From Felis catus (Eukaryota), in NCBI RefSeq assembly GCF_018350175.1, contig NC_058383.1, positions 9,364,001-9,428,000 of the forward strand: a stretch of DNA of 64,000 nucleotides, in the 5' to 3' direction. The notes below the pieces were generated by a model, which worked only from the letters and a program-made list of their open reading frames with translations, was not told the origin of the DNA and did not search any database. This document shows positions 52,405-64,000 of the stretch, piece by piece. Each line of letters opens with the position of its first letter. Positions within the stretch are counted from its first letter, which is position 1. The translations under genes and the position numbers were made by a program.

Positions 52405-53330
52405 ACATTGTCAAAACCACAGTGAGCTATCACTTCACACCCACTAGAATGGCCACGATCCAAAAGACGGATGCTAACGAGCATCAGCGAGGGTGTGGAA
52501 AAATTGGAGCACTCCTGCTTCGCTGGTCTCAGTGTAAGGTGGTGCAGGTGCTGTGAAACAGTTTGGTATTTCCTTCCAAAAGTTCATTGTAGGGGCGTCT
52601 GGGTGGCTCAGTCGGTTAAGTGTCTGACTTTGGCTCAGGTCACGATCTCATGATTCATGAGCTTGAGATTCATGATTCATGATTCATTGAGCCCCGCATC
52701 GGGCTCTGTGCAGACAGAGCCTGGAGCCTGCTTTGGATTCTGTGTCTCCCTCTCTCTCTGCCCTCTCCAGTTCATGCTCTACCTCTCTCTCTCAAAAATA
52801 AACATTAAAAAAATTTTTTTTAAAGTTCAATGTAGAGTTACTGTATGGTTCAGTTCTGCTCCTCGGTACGTACGTGAAAACGTGCCCACAGAATCTTGCG
52901 TGCAAGTGTTCACAGCAGCACCAACCGCAATAGCCAAGATGTGGACATGGCCCTATGTGCATTGGCAGATGAATGGATAAACCAAAAGGCGGTAGAGTCA
53001 CATGATGAAATAGTATTCAGCCCTAAAAAAGAACAGAGTACTGGCCCACGCTACAACATGGATGAAATTTGAAGATCTTATGCTGGGCGAAAGAAGCCAG
53101 ACCCAAAGCACCATTTGCATGATTCCCTTTACACAAAACGTCCAGAATGGGCAAATCTGTAGAGAGAAATTAGATCAGTGGTTGCCTCGTGCTGGGTGTT
53201 TGAAGGGAAATAAGGAGCGAAACCTAACTGGTGCAGGAGTGCCTTTTGGGGGGTGATGGTTGCACAACTCTGTGAATACCCTAAAAACCATTACCTTATA
53301 CACTTTAACTAGGTGAATTGTCTGGTATAC
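52405..53330 (+). mobile_element. L1MB-like 3' end with inserted SINE (52592-52820)
   Basis: CACTTCACACCCACTAGAATGG...GATGAATGGATAAA...GCTACAACATGGATGAA...GGTTGCACAACTCTGTGAATA. Confidence 0.8.
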
Positions 53331-53806
53331 GATATGTGTTGTGTGTATATATTAGAGAGATTTCTCTGTTAAATCCTCTTTCCTTGCAATAACGTGGGGA
53401 TCTATACAATTTAAGAGTTTACAGAAAAGAAGCATCAACTTAAGTAGTAGCAAGTGGCTTTTTAAATTTTATTTTTTAATGTTTGTTTTTGTGAGAGAGC
53501 GAGTGAGCAGGGACAGAGAGAAAGAGAGAGACAGAATCCGAAGCAGGCTCCAGGCTGTCAGCACAGAGCCCGACGCGGGGCTCAAACGCACTAACCGCAA
53601 GATCATGACCTGAGCCGAAGTTGGACACCCAACCCGACTGAGCCACCCAGGCGGGCCCCTTAAATTTTAGTTATTAACACTCCTCTCCATTTATATTTGC
53701 TTAGTTTCCTAGACCGCTGCTTTTCCAGACAGGTGACCATCTACTGGAGCTCAGGGTGAATGGTGAGCACACAGGGGACATTCACCTCTTTGGTCTCCGC
53801 TCTTAG

Positions 53807-53952
53807 GACTGGTGCCTGGAGCTGCTGTCGAGTGTGGCAGAGCCCTGGCCAACCTCACCCGCCACCCCGTCTGCATCCTGAGAGGAGGCTATCAGGGCTT
53901 CTCGGCCACATACCACTTCTTCCGGACGCAGAAGATCATCTGGATGCCACAG
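53807..53952 (+). CDS. STYXL1: STYXL1 exon 5 ([49 protein letters not shown])
   Basis: 146 nt, TTAG acceptor, GTAAGG donor. Contains the rhodanese C-terminal L.GGY..F motif. Confidence 0.96.
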
Positions 53953-54924
53953 GTAAGGCAGGGTATCCAGCACAGGCAGGCTCAGGTGGGAGCCCGGTTT
54001 TCCCAGGGGACGGAGGGGTAGGGAGCTGGGGTAGAGGAAAGAGGAGGCCAGTGACGGGGAAAGGTAGAAGGGATGTAGGAGCCTGTGCTTGGGAAATGAA
54101 CTTGGGGCAGCAGGAGGTCCAGGCCACTGTGACGAATTTATCATCGCCAGATTCAAGCCAGAGTTAGCGTGGTGTTTAAGAGGTGGGGCCCGTCCAGAGT
54201 GGAGGGATCCCTGAGGGGAGGGGGCTCCAGGTGGTGGGCCATCACCAAAGACCAGCAGGGGCACCATGATTTGAGGCTGCCTCTCCATTGGCAGCTGTCT
54301 GGACCCGCAAGCCCTGACTGGTCCAGAGGACCCAAGAAAGGGTGAGCTAGCATCCCTACCTATGAGGAGTTCTTGGCTAGCAGGGGAGACCAGGGGCACC
54401 CTAGGTATCTGGAACCTCCAGAGGCAGCACCTCCTAGAGCCAAACCGGAAGGAGGAGGAGCTGGTGAGCAGGAGAAGTGGATGCAGGGGTGGCCTTGACC
54501 TGCAGGCCGGGGCGGGGCTGGTCCCCGGAAGGCAGTGTCAAGCTTATTGGAGGGTCTGAAGACAGTGGAATGTAAACATTCCCGGGGGGGGGGGGGGGGT
54601 TCCTTCTTTCCGATAATTGCCTTTAGCTTTTTGCCCTTAGTGTCTTAGGCTGATTCATAAATTCTGGCCACTTCCAATCTAATCCTAAAATGATTGGGGA
54701 AGTGTGCATATAAACTGGATTTTTTGAGAGATACATGGTGTAATATTTATGGGTAAAACAATATAACGTCTGGAACTTCCTTCAGAATAATCCAGGGTGG
54801 GTTGGGAAGTTGGTGAGGGAATAGAGAAAACAAAATTGGCCACTAGTTGGTCACGTTTGCAAATGAGTGATCTTCACAGGGGTTTATGATGTGCGTCTCT
54901 GCTCTTGTATATTTTTGAAATAAT

Positions 54925-55380
54925 TTTTAAAAGTTTAATGTTTATTTTTGAGAGAAAGAGAGACCGTGGGGGAGGGGCAGAGAGACAGGGAGACACAGAA
55001 TCCGAAGCAGGCTCCAGGCTCTGAGCTGTTAGCACAGAGCCTGACGCAGGGCTGGAACCCACGAACCATGAGATCATGACTTGAGCCGAAATCAAGAGTC
55101 GGACACTCAACCGACTGAGCCACCTAAGGACCCCTGAAATAATTTAAAAAAAATTTTTTTTAATGTTTTATTTTATTTTTTGAGACAGAGAGAGACAGAA
55201 CGTGAGCAGCTGTTGAGGAGGGCAGAGACAGAGAGGGACACACAGAATCGGAAGCAGGCTCCAGGCTCTGAGCTGTCAGCACAGAGCCGACGTGGGTCTC
55301 GAACTCACAAGCCTTCGAGCTGTGAGATCATGACCTGAGCTGAAGTCAGCTGCTCAACTGACTGAGCCACCCAGGCGCTC
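54925..55380 (-). mobile_element. Two tandem antisense Can-SINEs
   Basis: Target sequence TGAAATAATTT is repeated three times. Confidence 0.87.
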
Positions 55381-57479
55381 GTGAAATAATTTTTTTGAAG
55401 GAGAGTAAAAAGATTCAGTCCAGTGCAAGCTAGGCTCGTGTACCATTCCATTCTCAGATCTGGATCAAATCTCAGTTCTTCCATCCCACAGAGCTGGAAG
55501 ACAGTCTTCAGTTTGTGGGGGTGGGAGTCGCAAGGGGGGTGGGTTAGCTATAGGGACCTCTGTTCTCTTCCCGGCTCCTGGGCCTGTGACTGTGGTGCTG
55601 GGGGTCCAGAGTGGGACCCGTCTTGTCGGACTGGCTGCCCTCAGTGGTGGGGAAATGCCTCCTCACTCTGGCCCAGCCTTGTTCTGTCTGTCGCCGGTGG
55701 CCTTAGCTGCTGGTTTTCCTGGGACCTGGTTCAGGGGGCCCATTTATTACTAAGGATCTTTCAGAGAAACCCCGCTGAGACCTCTTGCCAGAAGCACCCC
55801 CAATTCCTTGTTTTCCTCTGGCAGTCCGTGACCCCTGACCATGTCCACGCTCCTTCACCTGAATCCCTGAAGGAGCCACAAGGGAGTGATGGTAAGGAAA
55901 GAGACCCAGGCCGACCTTGCTGCAGCTGCTCCTTGTCTTGACTCAGCTGCCCCAGCCAGCCTGGGCACAAAGGCAGAGACTCCTGTCTGAGGTTGTACGT
56001 GTTCCCATATCCAGGCTATTCATGTCTACCTGCCCTCCTTCGTCTGACGTAACCATGGTTTGATTTCCAGCTCACCAGGTGTATAGCCAGTCTCCCCATC
56101 CTGCCAGACACTCCTTGCTCCGAGAGGAGCCCCCCGTTATTGGCCTTTTAGTGTGTGAAATAAGCATTTCTCTGCAAACATCACACTGCTGATAACTCAC
56201 CCCCTGCCCTTTTTGTAAAAAAAAGCTTTAGTAAAGTATAACGGACATAGGATGAACTGCACATATTTAAATGTACATTTGGGTCAGCGTTGACATGTGT
56301 ATACACCTGTGACTTGCCCTTGGCCCCAGTCTTAGCATAGATTGGGAAAAGGGGTGGCTGGTGGTGGTAGCTAGCAGTGCCTGCAGGGGTGAGTTCTGCC
56401 CCGGGATCTGTGGCCCTCTATAGAATGTAGGCACCTAGTATTTGTCTCTGTTTGGGACCTTCATTAGTAATTCCTGGGCAAGGATGAAAGCCCCACTCGC
56501 CTCCTGCTATGTGCTTTGATGTGCTATAAAGCAGGGGTGTCCCTGCTGCTCCCCAAGGAACTCCCAGGAGGGGTGATGGGGGCACTGAACCCCGCTTCAG
56601 ACGCAGCCACTGGCAACTTCCTCTATTTTACATGTGGCCTCCCTTAAATAAAGTTTCGCTCAGAGCAAAAGCTTCTGGGACTAAAATGTGAAGACCACAC
56701 TAGAGAGAGATGGTGGTGAGCCCGGGGTGGCTGGTGCCGTCAGACCGCACTTGAGAAAGATGGTGATTGCGGTGCAGAAAGCAGACCCGTGGGGGGCAGG
56801 TGGGTCTGGGAATGGCGAGGAGAGGGCAGCTTTAAGAAGCACTTAGGCAGTGGCACTGATTAGACTTGGGGAGGGACGGGGCGGGGGCAGGACATGGTGG
56901 GGGAGGGAGGAGCCTGGAATAGTGCCCTGGTTCCCGGTGTGGGTGACAGGTGGGGGGACACGGGAGGAGTCGGCAGTGTGGGGCAAGGGCAGTGGGCTTC
57001 ATTTGGACATCCTTGTCGACATAGGTATCAAAACCGTGTCATCTAGAATTAACATGCCCTTGCCCTTTACAACACAGCGTGTTTTCTCCCTGCCACACGG
57101 CCACAGGAAAGGAAGCTGGTTTGAAAGCAGCGGGAATAGCAGACAGATCTGTGTCAGGTGTTCAGTGAGATTTTCCGGATGAAACTAGGAGGGTTTCCTT
57201 TGGCTCCAGCAAGCTGAGCATCCTGGGTGGTGTCAGCCCGGGCTCTGGGGAAGCCTTGGGTCAGTAGCAGGCCTGCCTGCAGGTGGAAGGGTCACTCGTC
57301 CCTTTCACATGCTTGAGAATTGGCTCGGCTTGGTGTCTGCTCTTGGAGAAAGGTTTTTTGAGGCTGACAGCTTGGGAAGAATGTGGGTTTGCAGTGGGCT
57401 TACTGGGAGGGCCCATGTGCTGAGGCCAGAAGGCTCTGAAGCCTCTGAAGTGAACAGCCAAGTAGCCTGCGGGACTTAA

Positions 57480-57995
57480 TGATGAACTTTTTGGGTGATG
57501 GTGGGGTTTGGAGCTGACGGCCAAGAAAGAATTCTTGAAGGCGTCTTTGGTGCAAAAAGGTGATTTTATGAAAGCACAGGGACAGAACCCGTGGGCAGGA
57601 AGAGCTGCACTGGGGCTGTGCCGAGTGGCTGCCCGTATCCTGTGGAGGTGGGGGAGGTGAAGTCCAGAGGAAGTTTCTTAAAGGGATTTCCATATGCCAA
57701 AGAGGATTTACAGATTACTGGAGCCCTAGCTATTGTCCGGCTAAGGTTGTTTTTCCCTCTAGGAAAGCATTATCTTTAAGATAGTAGGGAGTTCTTGGGG
57801 ATTAGGCGATTCATGAGATATTTGTAAACTGATGGAGATGCTATCAGTTTAACCATTTGTTTCCTGTCCTTTCCTTTGTCCTTGGGCAGCCGGGGTGCCT
57901 CAGGAATGTCACACATATCCCACCTGGAGGGTGGGGAGGTTGTGCTAGCTCGTGCTTGGTGCTTGATCGGTGGCTTGCCTTATGGTCCCTCATCA
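57480..57995 (-). mobile_element. Intact solo ERV LTR (carnivore type), 516 bp
   Basis: TGATG...CATCA inverted termini. Perfect 5-bp TSD CTTAA at 57475-57479 and 57996-58000. Confidence 0.85.
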
Positions 57996-58709
57996 CTTAA
58001 TGTTATTTCTTTCTCTTTTTAAAAAACGTTTGTTTATTTATTTTGAGAGAGAGAGTGAGCATGCCCGCAAATGGGGGAGGGCCAGAGAGAGAGGGAGAGA
58101 GAATCTCAAGCAGGCTCCATGCTATCAGGTCAGAGCCCGACATGGGGCTCGATCTCAATGAACCATGAGATTAAGACCTGAGCCGAAATCAAGACCCTTA
58201 ACTGGCTGAGCCACCCAGGCGCCCAGATGTTATTTCTGAGTCCATCTTGGGGCCAGAGGCATTTTAGAGCTAGGTTTGACCTTTGAAATTACATAGATCA
58301 GCATTTCCCGTGAAACACTCATGGGAAAAAGGGACCTCTAAACAGATCATATTGGAAACAATAGTGTATACAATGTTAGTGGGTTTTGTTTGTTTGTTTT
58401 CTTGACATTATGCCTGGGTTTTATTTTACTAAATATCACAAGTAGATTTTCAACCCATACCAACAATAAATATGTAGCTACCGTATTATTACAAGCATCT
58501 GAGCTACAAAAACTCAGCCCAGGGAACCACTGGGAAGATTTTCAACAGTTCCCTGGAGGCACATTTTGAGAGTAGTCTTAGACTGGCATGCTTTATTGGC
58601 TGTTTTCCAACTAGTTTATAAGTTAGCATTTGATGACAATTTTTTTTCTAACCACTTTCTAACACTCTCGTCCTCTTTCCTTGAAACAGATTTTGTAATT
58701 TTTTTTTAG

Positions 58710-58975
58710 TCAGTTTTATTGCGATATAATGGACACAGAGCCTGTGTCAAGTTTAAAGGGTACAGGGTGTTAATTCGACACACGTGTATATTGTGAAGTG
58801 GTCACCAAGTGGGGTTAATCATTACCTCAAAAGTAATTACCATTTTTTGGTGTGGTGGTGAGAACACTTAAGATCTACTCTCCCAGCAATTTTCAAGTAC
58901 GATATAGTATTGGTTTTTTTAAATTATTTTTTAATGTTTATTTATTTTTGAGAGAGAGACAGAGCACAAGTAGGG

Positions 58976-59018
<43 letters not shown>

Positions 59019-60410
59019 AGACACAGAATCCTAAGCAGGCTCCAGGCTCTAAGAAGTTAGCACGGAGCCCGGTGCGGGACTTGAACCCACAAACCATGAG
59101 ATCATGATCTGAGCCAAAGTGGGACACTTAACCGACGGAGCCACCCAGGTGCCCCTGTATTACAGTATTGTTAACTAAAGTTCCCATGTTGTACATTAGA
59201 TCCACAGAATTTGTGCCTCTTATATCTGGAAGTTTGTACCCTTTTGACCAACATCTCCCATTTCCCTACCCCCCAGCCCCCTGCAACCACCATTCCACTC
59301 TCTGTTTCTATGAATTTGGCCATTTTAGATTCCTCATATAAGTGAGATCAGGCAGTATTGGTCTTTCTCTATCTGACTTACATGCATATCTTGGAAATAC
59401 TGTGGGTTTGGTTCCAGACCACTACAATAAAGCAAATAGTGCAATAAAGCCAATCAGATGACTTTTTTTTGGTGTATATAAAAGTTCTGTTTAGACGATA
59501 CTGTAGTCTATTAAGTGCACTATAGCATTACATCTAAAAAAAAAAAAAAACCGATGAACGTACCTTAATTAAAAATACTTTATTACTGGGGAGCCTGGGT
59601 GGCTCAGTTGGTTGACCATCTGACTTTGGCTTAGGTCATTCATGGTTCATGGGTTCAAGCCCTGAATCGGGCTGTCTGCTCTCAGCACAGAGCCTGCCTT
59701 GGATCCTCTGTACCCCTAGCTCTCTGCCCCTCCCCCACTTGTGTGCTCTTTCTTTCTCTCAAAAATAAACATCAAAAAAATTTTTTTGAAGTACTTTATT
59801 ACTTAGCAATGCTAGCCATCATCTGAGCTTTCAGTGAGTCATAATCACTGATCAGAGATCACCATAATACATAGAATAATAATGAAAAGGTTAGAAATTT
59901 TGTGAGAGTTACCAAAATGTGATAGAGAGAAGTGATCAGATGCTGTTGGAAAAATGCCACTGATAGACTTGCCCGATGCAGCGTTGCCACAAATGTTGTT
60001 GGTAAAAAAAAAAGAAAAAGAAAAAGAAAAAGGCAGTATCTTTGAAGTAAAATAAAGTGAAGCATAATAAAAGGAGGTATTCCTGTGTTTCACTTAGCAT
60101 AATGCCCTCAGGGTCCACCCATGTTGTCACAAATGGCAAGATGTCCTTCTTTCTCGTAATTGAGTAATACTCCGTTCTGTATACATACCACGTTTCTTTA
60201 CCCATTCATCTGTCGATGGACACGTAGGTTGTTTCTGTGTCTTGGCTACTATGGGTAATGTTGCAAGGAACATGGGAGATATTCCTTTCTCAAAATAGTG
60301 ATTTCATTTCTTTTGGGTATATACCAAGAAGTGGGATGGCTGGATCATATGGTAGTTCTATGTTTAAGTTTTTAAAAAAACTCCATACTGTTTTCTATAG
60401 TGACTGTAAT
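58710..60410 (-). mobile_element. L1MA-like 3' end containing nested SINE and Tigger insertions
   Basis: GTGGTGAGAACACTTAAGATCTACTCTC...GATTCCTCATATAAGTGAGATCA...TTTCACTTAGCATAATG. ORF remnant EYYSITRKKDILPFVTTW. Confidence 0.8.
59381..60085 (-). mobile_element. Internally deleted Tigger1-derived element (Tc1/mariner) with both ends and a SINE inside (about 59588-59790)
   Basis: Ends CATGCATATC... and ...GAGGTATTCCTG resemble the Tigger1 TIR CAGGCATACCTC. Left flank TA, right flank TG. Confidence 0.8.
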
Positions 60411-61669
60411 GAGTGGATTTTTTTTTTTTTTTTTAATCACAGGACTTTCTTGAACCTTTACTTGGTAATGTACACTGTCAATTTCTTTTTTTTTAATTTT
60501 TATCTTTAACATTTATTTATTATTGAGAGACAGAGCATGAGCATGGGAGGGGCAGAGAGAGGAGGAGACACAGACTATGAAGCAGGCTCCAGGCTCTGAG
60601 CTGTCAGCACAGACCTGACACGGGGCTCGCACTCACAAACCGCGAGATCATGACCTGAGTCGAAGTCGGACACTTAACCGACTGAGCCACCCAGGCACCC
60701 CTCTCTCTCTCTTTTTTTTCTTTCTTTCTTTTTTTTTTTTTTTTTAGCATTTATTCATTTTTTGAGAGAGAGAGGGAGAGGGGGAGAGAGAGAGAGAGAA
60801 AGAGAGGTAGGGGGAGGGGCAGAGAGAGAGGGAGACAGAATTTGAAGCAGGCTCCAGGCTTCGAGCTGTCAGCACAGAGCCGGACAAGAGGCTCGAACTC
60901 GTAAACCATGAGATCATGACCTGGCCAAAGTCGGATGCTTAACTGACTAAGCCACCTAGGCACCCCTGTACATTGTCAATTTCTGAGATAGGGATGTCAG
61001 GTACAGCTTCCCATATGTACTTGATTCTCTGAAGCTTTTTTCATAGTGCATTGTGAAGGGACCACTGTTTCCTAGAACGTGCTTTGGGAAATGTAGGATC
61101 TTTGTTTTTCAAAGAAACCCCAATTTTTCATATCATAACTTTGGACCTGGAGTGCAGTGAGTCTCCATTTAAGTGGTGTCCTGTTCTCCCTACCTGTCTA
61201 CATCAGAACTCCTCAGAATTTATTTCCTGATGACAAATAAGCTCTATGTGGGTAGTTTCATTCTTTTTTTAAAGGAGGTATTAAAAGTTTGGTGGCCTCC
61301 AAAAATAATAGGATATAATTATAATATACAGTTATATAATTAAAAGGCTATCCTTTCAGTAATTATATAATTATGATATATCATAATATAGGGCTGTCCC
61401 CTCTCCCTATCCTATTGGGCACACCCTGGATTTACTCAGTTCTGCGTCAAGGGGGATTAGACACCAATTTTCATGCACCCAGAAAAGTGCACACAGGTGC
61501 CGTGGGGGTAAGTGGGATGTTGGTGTTCAGATGCAGTGTGCTGTACAATGATTCAGTGGATCCGCCCGTCTCTTACTACCAGCCTTCTAACTTCTTATTC
61601 AAGTTCTTACTTGTCAGTCTCTCTGAATGCCCACATGTCCATCTCATTCACTGTTCTGGATTATCTTTT

Positions 61670-61989
61670 TTTTTTTAAGTTTATTTAAATTTTTTTAACG
61701 TTTATTTATTTTTGAGACAGAGACAGAGCATGAATGGGGGAGGGTCAGAGAGAGGGAGACACAGAATCCGAAACAGGCTCCAGGCTCTGAGCTGTCAGCA
61801 CAGAGCCCGACGCGGGGCTCGAACTCACGGACAGCGAGATCATGACCTGAGCCGAAGTCGGCTGCTCAACCGACTGAGCCACCCAGGTGCCCCTTTTTTA
61901 AGTTTATTTACTTTGAGAGAGAGAGATAGTGAGCAAGCTGGGGAGGGGCAGAGAGAGAGAGAGAGAGGGAGAGAGAGGGGGGAGGGAGG

Positions 61990-62039
<50 letters not shown>

Positions 62040-62166
62040 CCCAAGCAGGCTCCACGCTGCCAGCACAGAGCCCAGTGTGGGGCTCAAACCCACAAACCAT
62101 GAGATCATGACCCAAGCTGAAATCTAGAGTTGGACACCTAACTGACTGAGCCACCCAGACGCCCCT
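61670..62166 (-). mobile_element. Two nested antisense SINEs upstream of STYXL1 exon 6
   Basis: Outer TSD TCTGGATTATCTTTTT. Confidence 0.87.
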
Positions 62167-62334
62167 CTGGATTATCTTTTTAAGTTTGTTTGCTAAGCCA
62201 CATTTTGAGAGACAAAAAAACAAAAACAAAAAAAAAACAAAATAAAAAACAAATTTCTTCCCTAGGGAAAGAAAATACTATTATATTATTATATACCATA
62301 CATATTCTATATAGTACTTTTTCCTTCCTTTCAG

Positions 62335-62480
62335 GAACTGGATGCATTTCAGCCCTACCCTGTTGAAATAATTCCAGGTAGAATCTACCTGGGCAATTTC
62401 AGGCAAGCCTGCGACCCGAAAATTCAGAAAGATTTGAAAATCAAAGCACATGTCAATGTCTCCATGGAGGCAGGGCCATT
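62335..62480 (+). CDS. STYXL1: STYXL1 exon 6 ([48 protein letters not shown]; start of DUSP-like domain)
   Basis: 146 nt, TTTCAG acceptor, GTAAGT donor. P.EI.P..YLG is typical of dual-specificity phosphatase folds. The gene continues beyond the window. Confidence 0.96.
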
Positions 62481-63006
62481 GTAAGTAGAAATACTATTGA
62501 TTTTTAAAAATTGAGTATGTATATAAGATTCCTGGTGCTGTGCATTTATAGAGCTGAAGGCTCTGTACTTATCATCATCTGTTTCTTGTTTATAGTCTAT
62601 TTCCTGGCTTGGCCATGGCATCCTCTGCCTCTAACTGAGACTCAGTACTTGCCCTTTAAATCTCATCACAGTCAGGGGCACCTGGGTGGCTCAGTCAGTT
62701 AAGCGTCTGACTTTGGCTCAGGTCGTGATCTCACAGTTCATGAGTTCAAGCCCTGCATCGGGCTCTGTGCTGACAGCTCAGAGCCTGGAGCCTGCTTTGG
62801 ACTCTGTCTCCTTCTCTCTCTGCCCCTCCCTCACATGTACTCTGTCTCTCTCAAAAATAGACCATAAAAAAAAATTAAAATGAATGTACTCAAAAAAAAA
62901 AAAAAACTCACCACAATTAATGCTTTCCTGGCATTTAGCATTATGGAGCAAAGTATCCTGTTTTGCCCTGCTTTGCTTATCTCAGGCCCTCTAAGAAATG
63001 ACCCCC

Positions 63007-63270
63007 GTCTTAGTCCTTTGGGACTGCTATGGCAGAATACCATAGACTGATGGTTCTGGTGATTCATAAAATAAATTTACTTTCTCACCATGTGGAGGCT
63101 GGGGAAATTCAAGATCAAGTCGATTTCATTCCTGGAGACAGCCTGCTTCCTGACTCATAGATACCCCTATTTTTACTGTGTCCTCACATGGTGGAAGGGG
63201 CAAGGGGGTGATCTGGGGCCTTTTGTACAAGGGTGTTAATCCCATCCATGAGGGCTCCACCCTCATGACT
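63007..63270 (-). mobile_element. MLT1A/B-like MaLR LTR fragment
   Basis: GTCTTAGTCC...GCTAT..CAGAATACCATAGACTG...TCCTCACATGGTGGAAGGGGCAAG...AATCCCATCCATGAGGGCTCCACCCTCATGAC. Confidence 0.8.
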
Positions 63271-63288
63271 GATTTATAGTCTCACTTT

Positions 63289-63910
63289 TGTTTTAAATTT
63301 TATTTTTTTAATTAACATACAAATTAGCGTATAGTGTAACAATGATTTCAGGAGTAGATTCCTTAATGACCCTTACCCATTTAGCTCATGCCCCCTCCCA
63401 TACCCCCTCCAGTAAGCCTCTGTTTGTCATCCATATTTATGAGTCTCTTATGCTTTGTCTCGTTTCCTGTTTTTATATTATTTTGTTTCCCTTCCCTTAT
63501 GTTCATCTATTTTATCTCTTAAAGTCCTCATAGGAGTGAAGTCATATGATAGTTGTCTTTCTCTGACTAATTTTACTTAGCATTAATACCTTCTAGTTCC
63601 ATCCACATAGCTGCAAATGGCAAGATTTCATTCTTTTTGATTGCCGAGTAATACTCCATTGTGTATATATACCACATTTTCTTTATCCATTCATCCGTCG
63701 ATGGGCATTTGGGCTCTTTCCATACTTTGGCTATCGTCGATAGTGCTGCCATAAACATGGGGGTGCATGTTTCCCTTCGAAACAGCACACCTGAATCCTG
63801 TGGATAAATGCCTAGTAGTGCAATTGCTGGGTCATAAGGTAGTTCTATTTTTAGTTTTTTGAGGAACCTCCATACTCTTTTCCAGAGTGGCTGTACCAGT
63901 TTCCATTCCC
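63289..63910 (-). mobile_element. 5'-truncated carnivore/felid L1 (ORF2 C-terminus and 3' UTR) with 17-bp TSD
   Basis: Peptide [59 protein letters not shown](T/C)AGTCTCACTTT at 63272-63288 and 63911-63927. Confidence 0.92.
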
Positions 63911-64000
63911 ATTTACAGTCTCACTTTAAACAACCCCCAAATCCCAGACAAAACGTGAAAGCAAGGACTTTCAGACAATGGCCGGCAGACAGCACAGGAG

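Noticed and set aside
62335..64000. STYXL1 as a truncated gene or pseudogene
   Set aside because: All five exons are in phase with canonical splice sites and no stops. The remaining exons, including the inactive active-site motif, lie beyond the window.

Overview
This is mammalian, almost certainly felid, genomic DNA: it is dense in tRNA-derived Can-SINEs resembling the cat SINEC_Fc types. It holds a head-to-head gene pair sharing a CpG-island bidirectional promoter at about 16.0-16.9 kb. MDH2 (mitochondrial malate dehydrogenase) is complete on the minus strand, with 9 coding exons from 16263 down to 951. These total 1017 nt (338 aa plus stop), all introns are GT-AG, and AATAAA lies at 788-793. 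STYXL1 (MK-STYX pseudophosphatase) is on the plus strand, with a probable non-coding exon 1 near 16.5 kb and five coding exons at 28571, 44764, 48556, 53807 and 62335; the gene continues past the window end. The rest is intron filled with SINEs, L1/L2/MIR, hAT and Tigger DNA transposons, solo LTRs and microsatellites. Almost all ORFs in the supplied track are non-coding artefacts. I found no convincing new protein-coding system. The most interesting signals are: three SINEs inserted serially into the STYXL1 exon-3 acceptor, quadruplicating its polypyrimidine tract; inverted SINEs around an in-phase exon 3-4 module; a GTG in strong Kozak context in frame upstream of the MDH2 presequence; two strong CTCF-like motifs; and an intact solo LTR. 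Repeat family names come from remembered consensus similarity, not a search.
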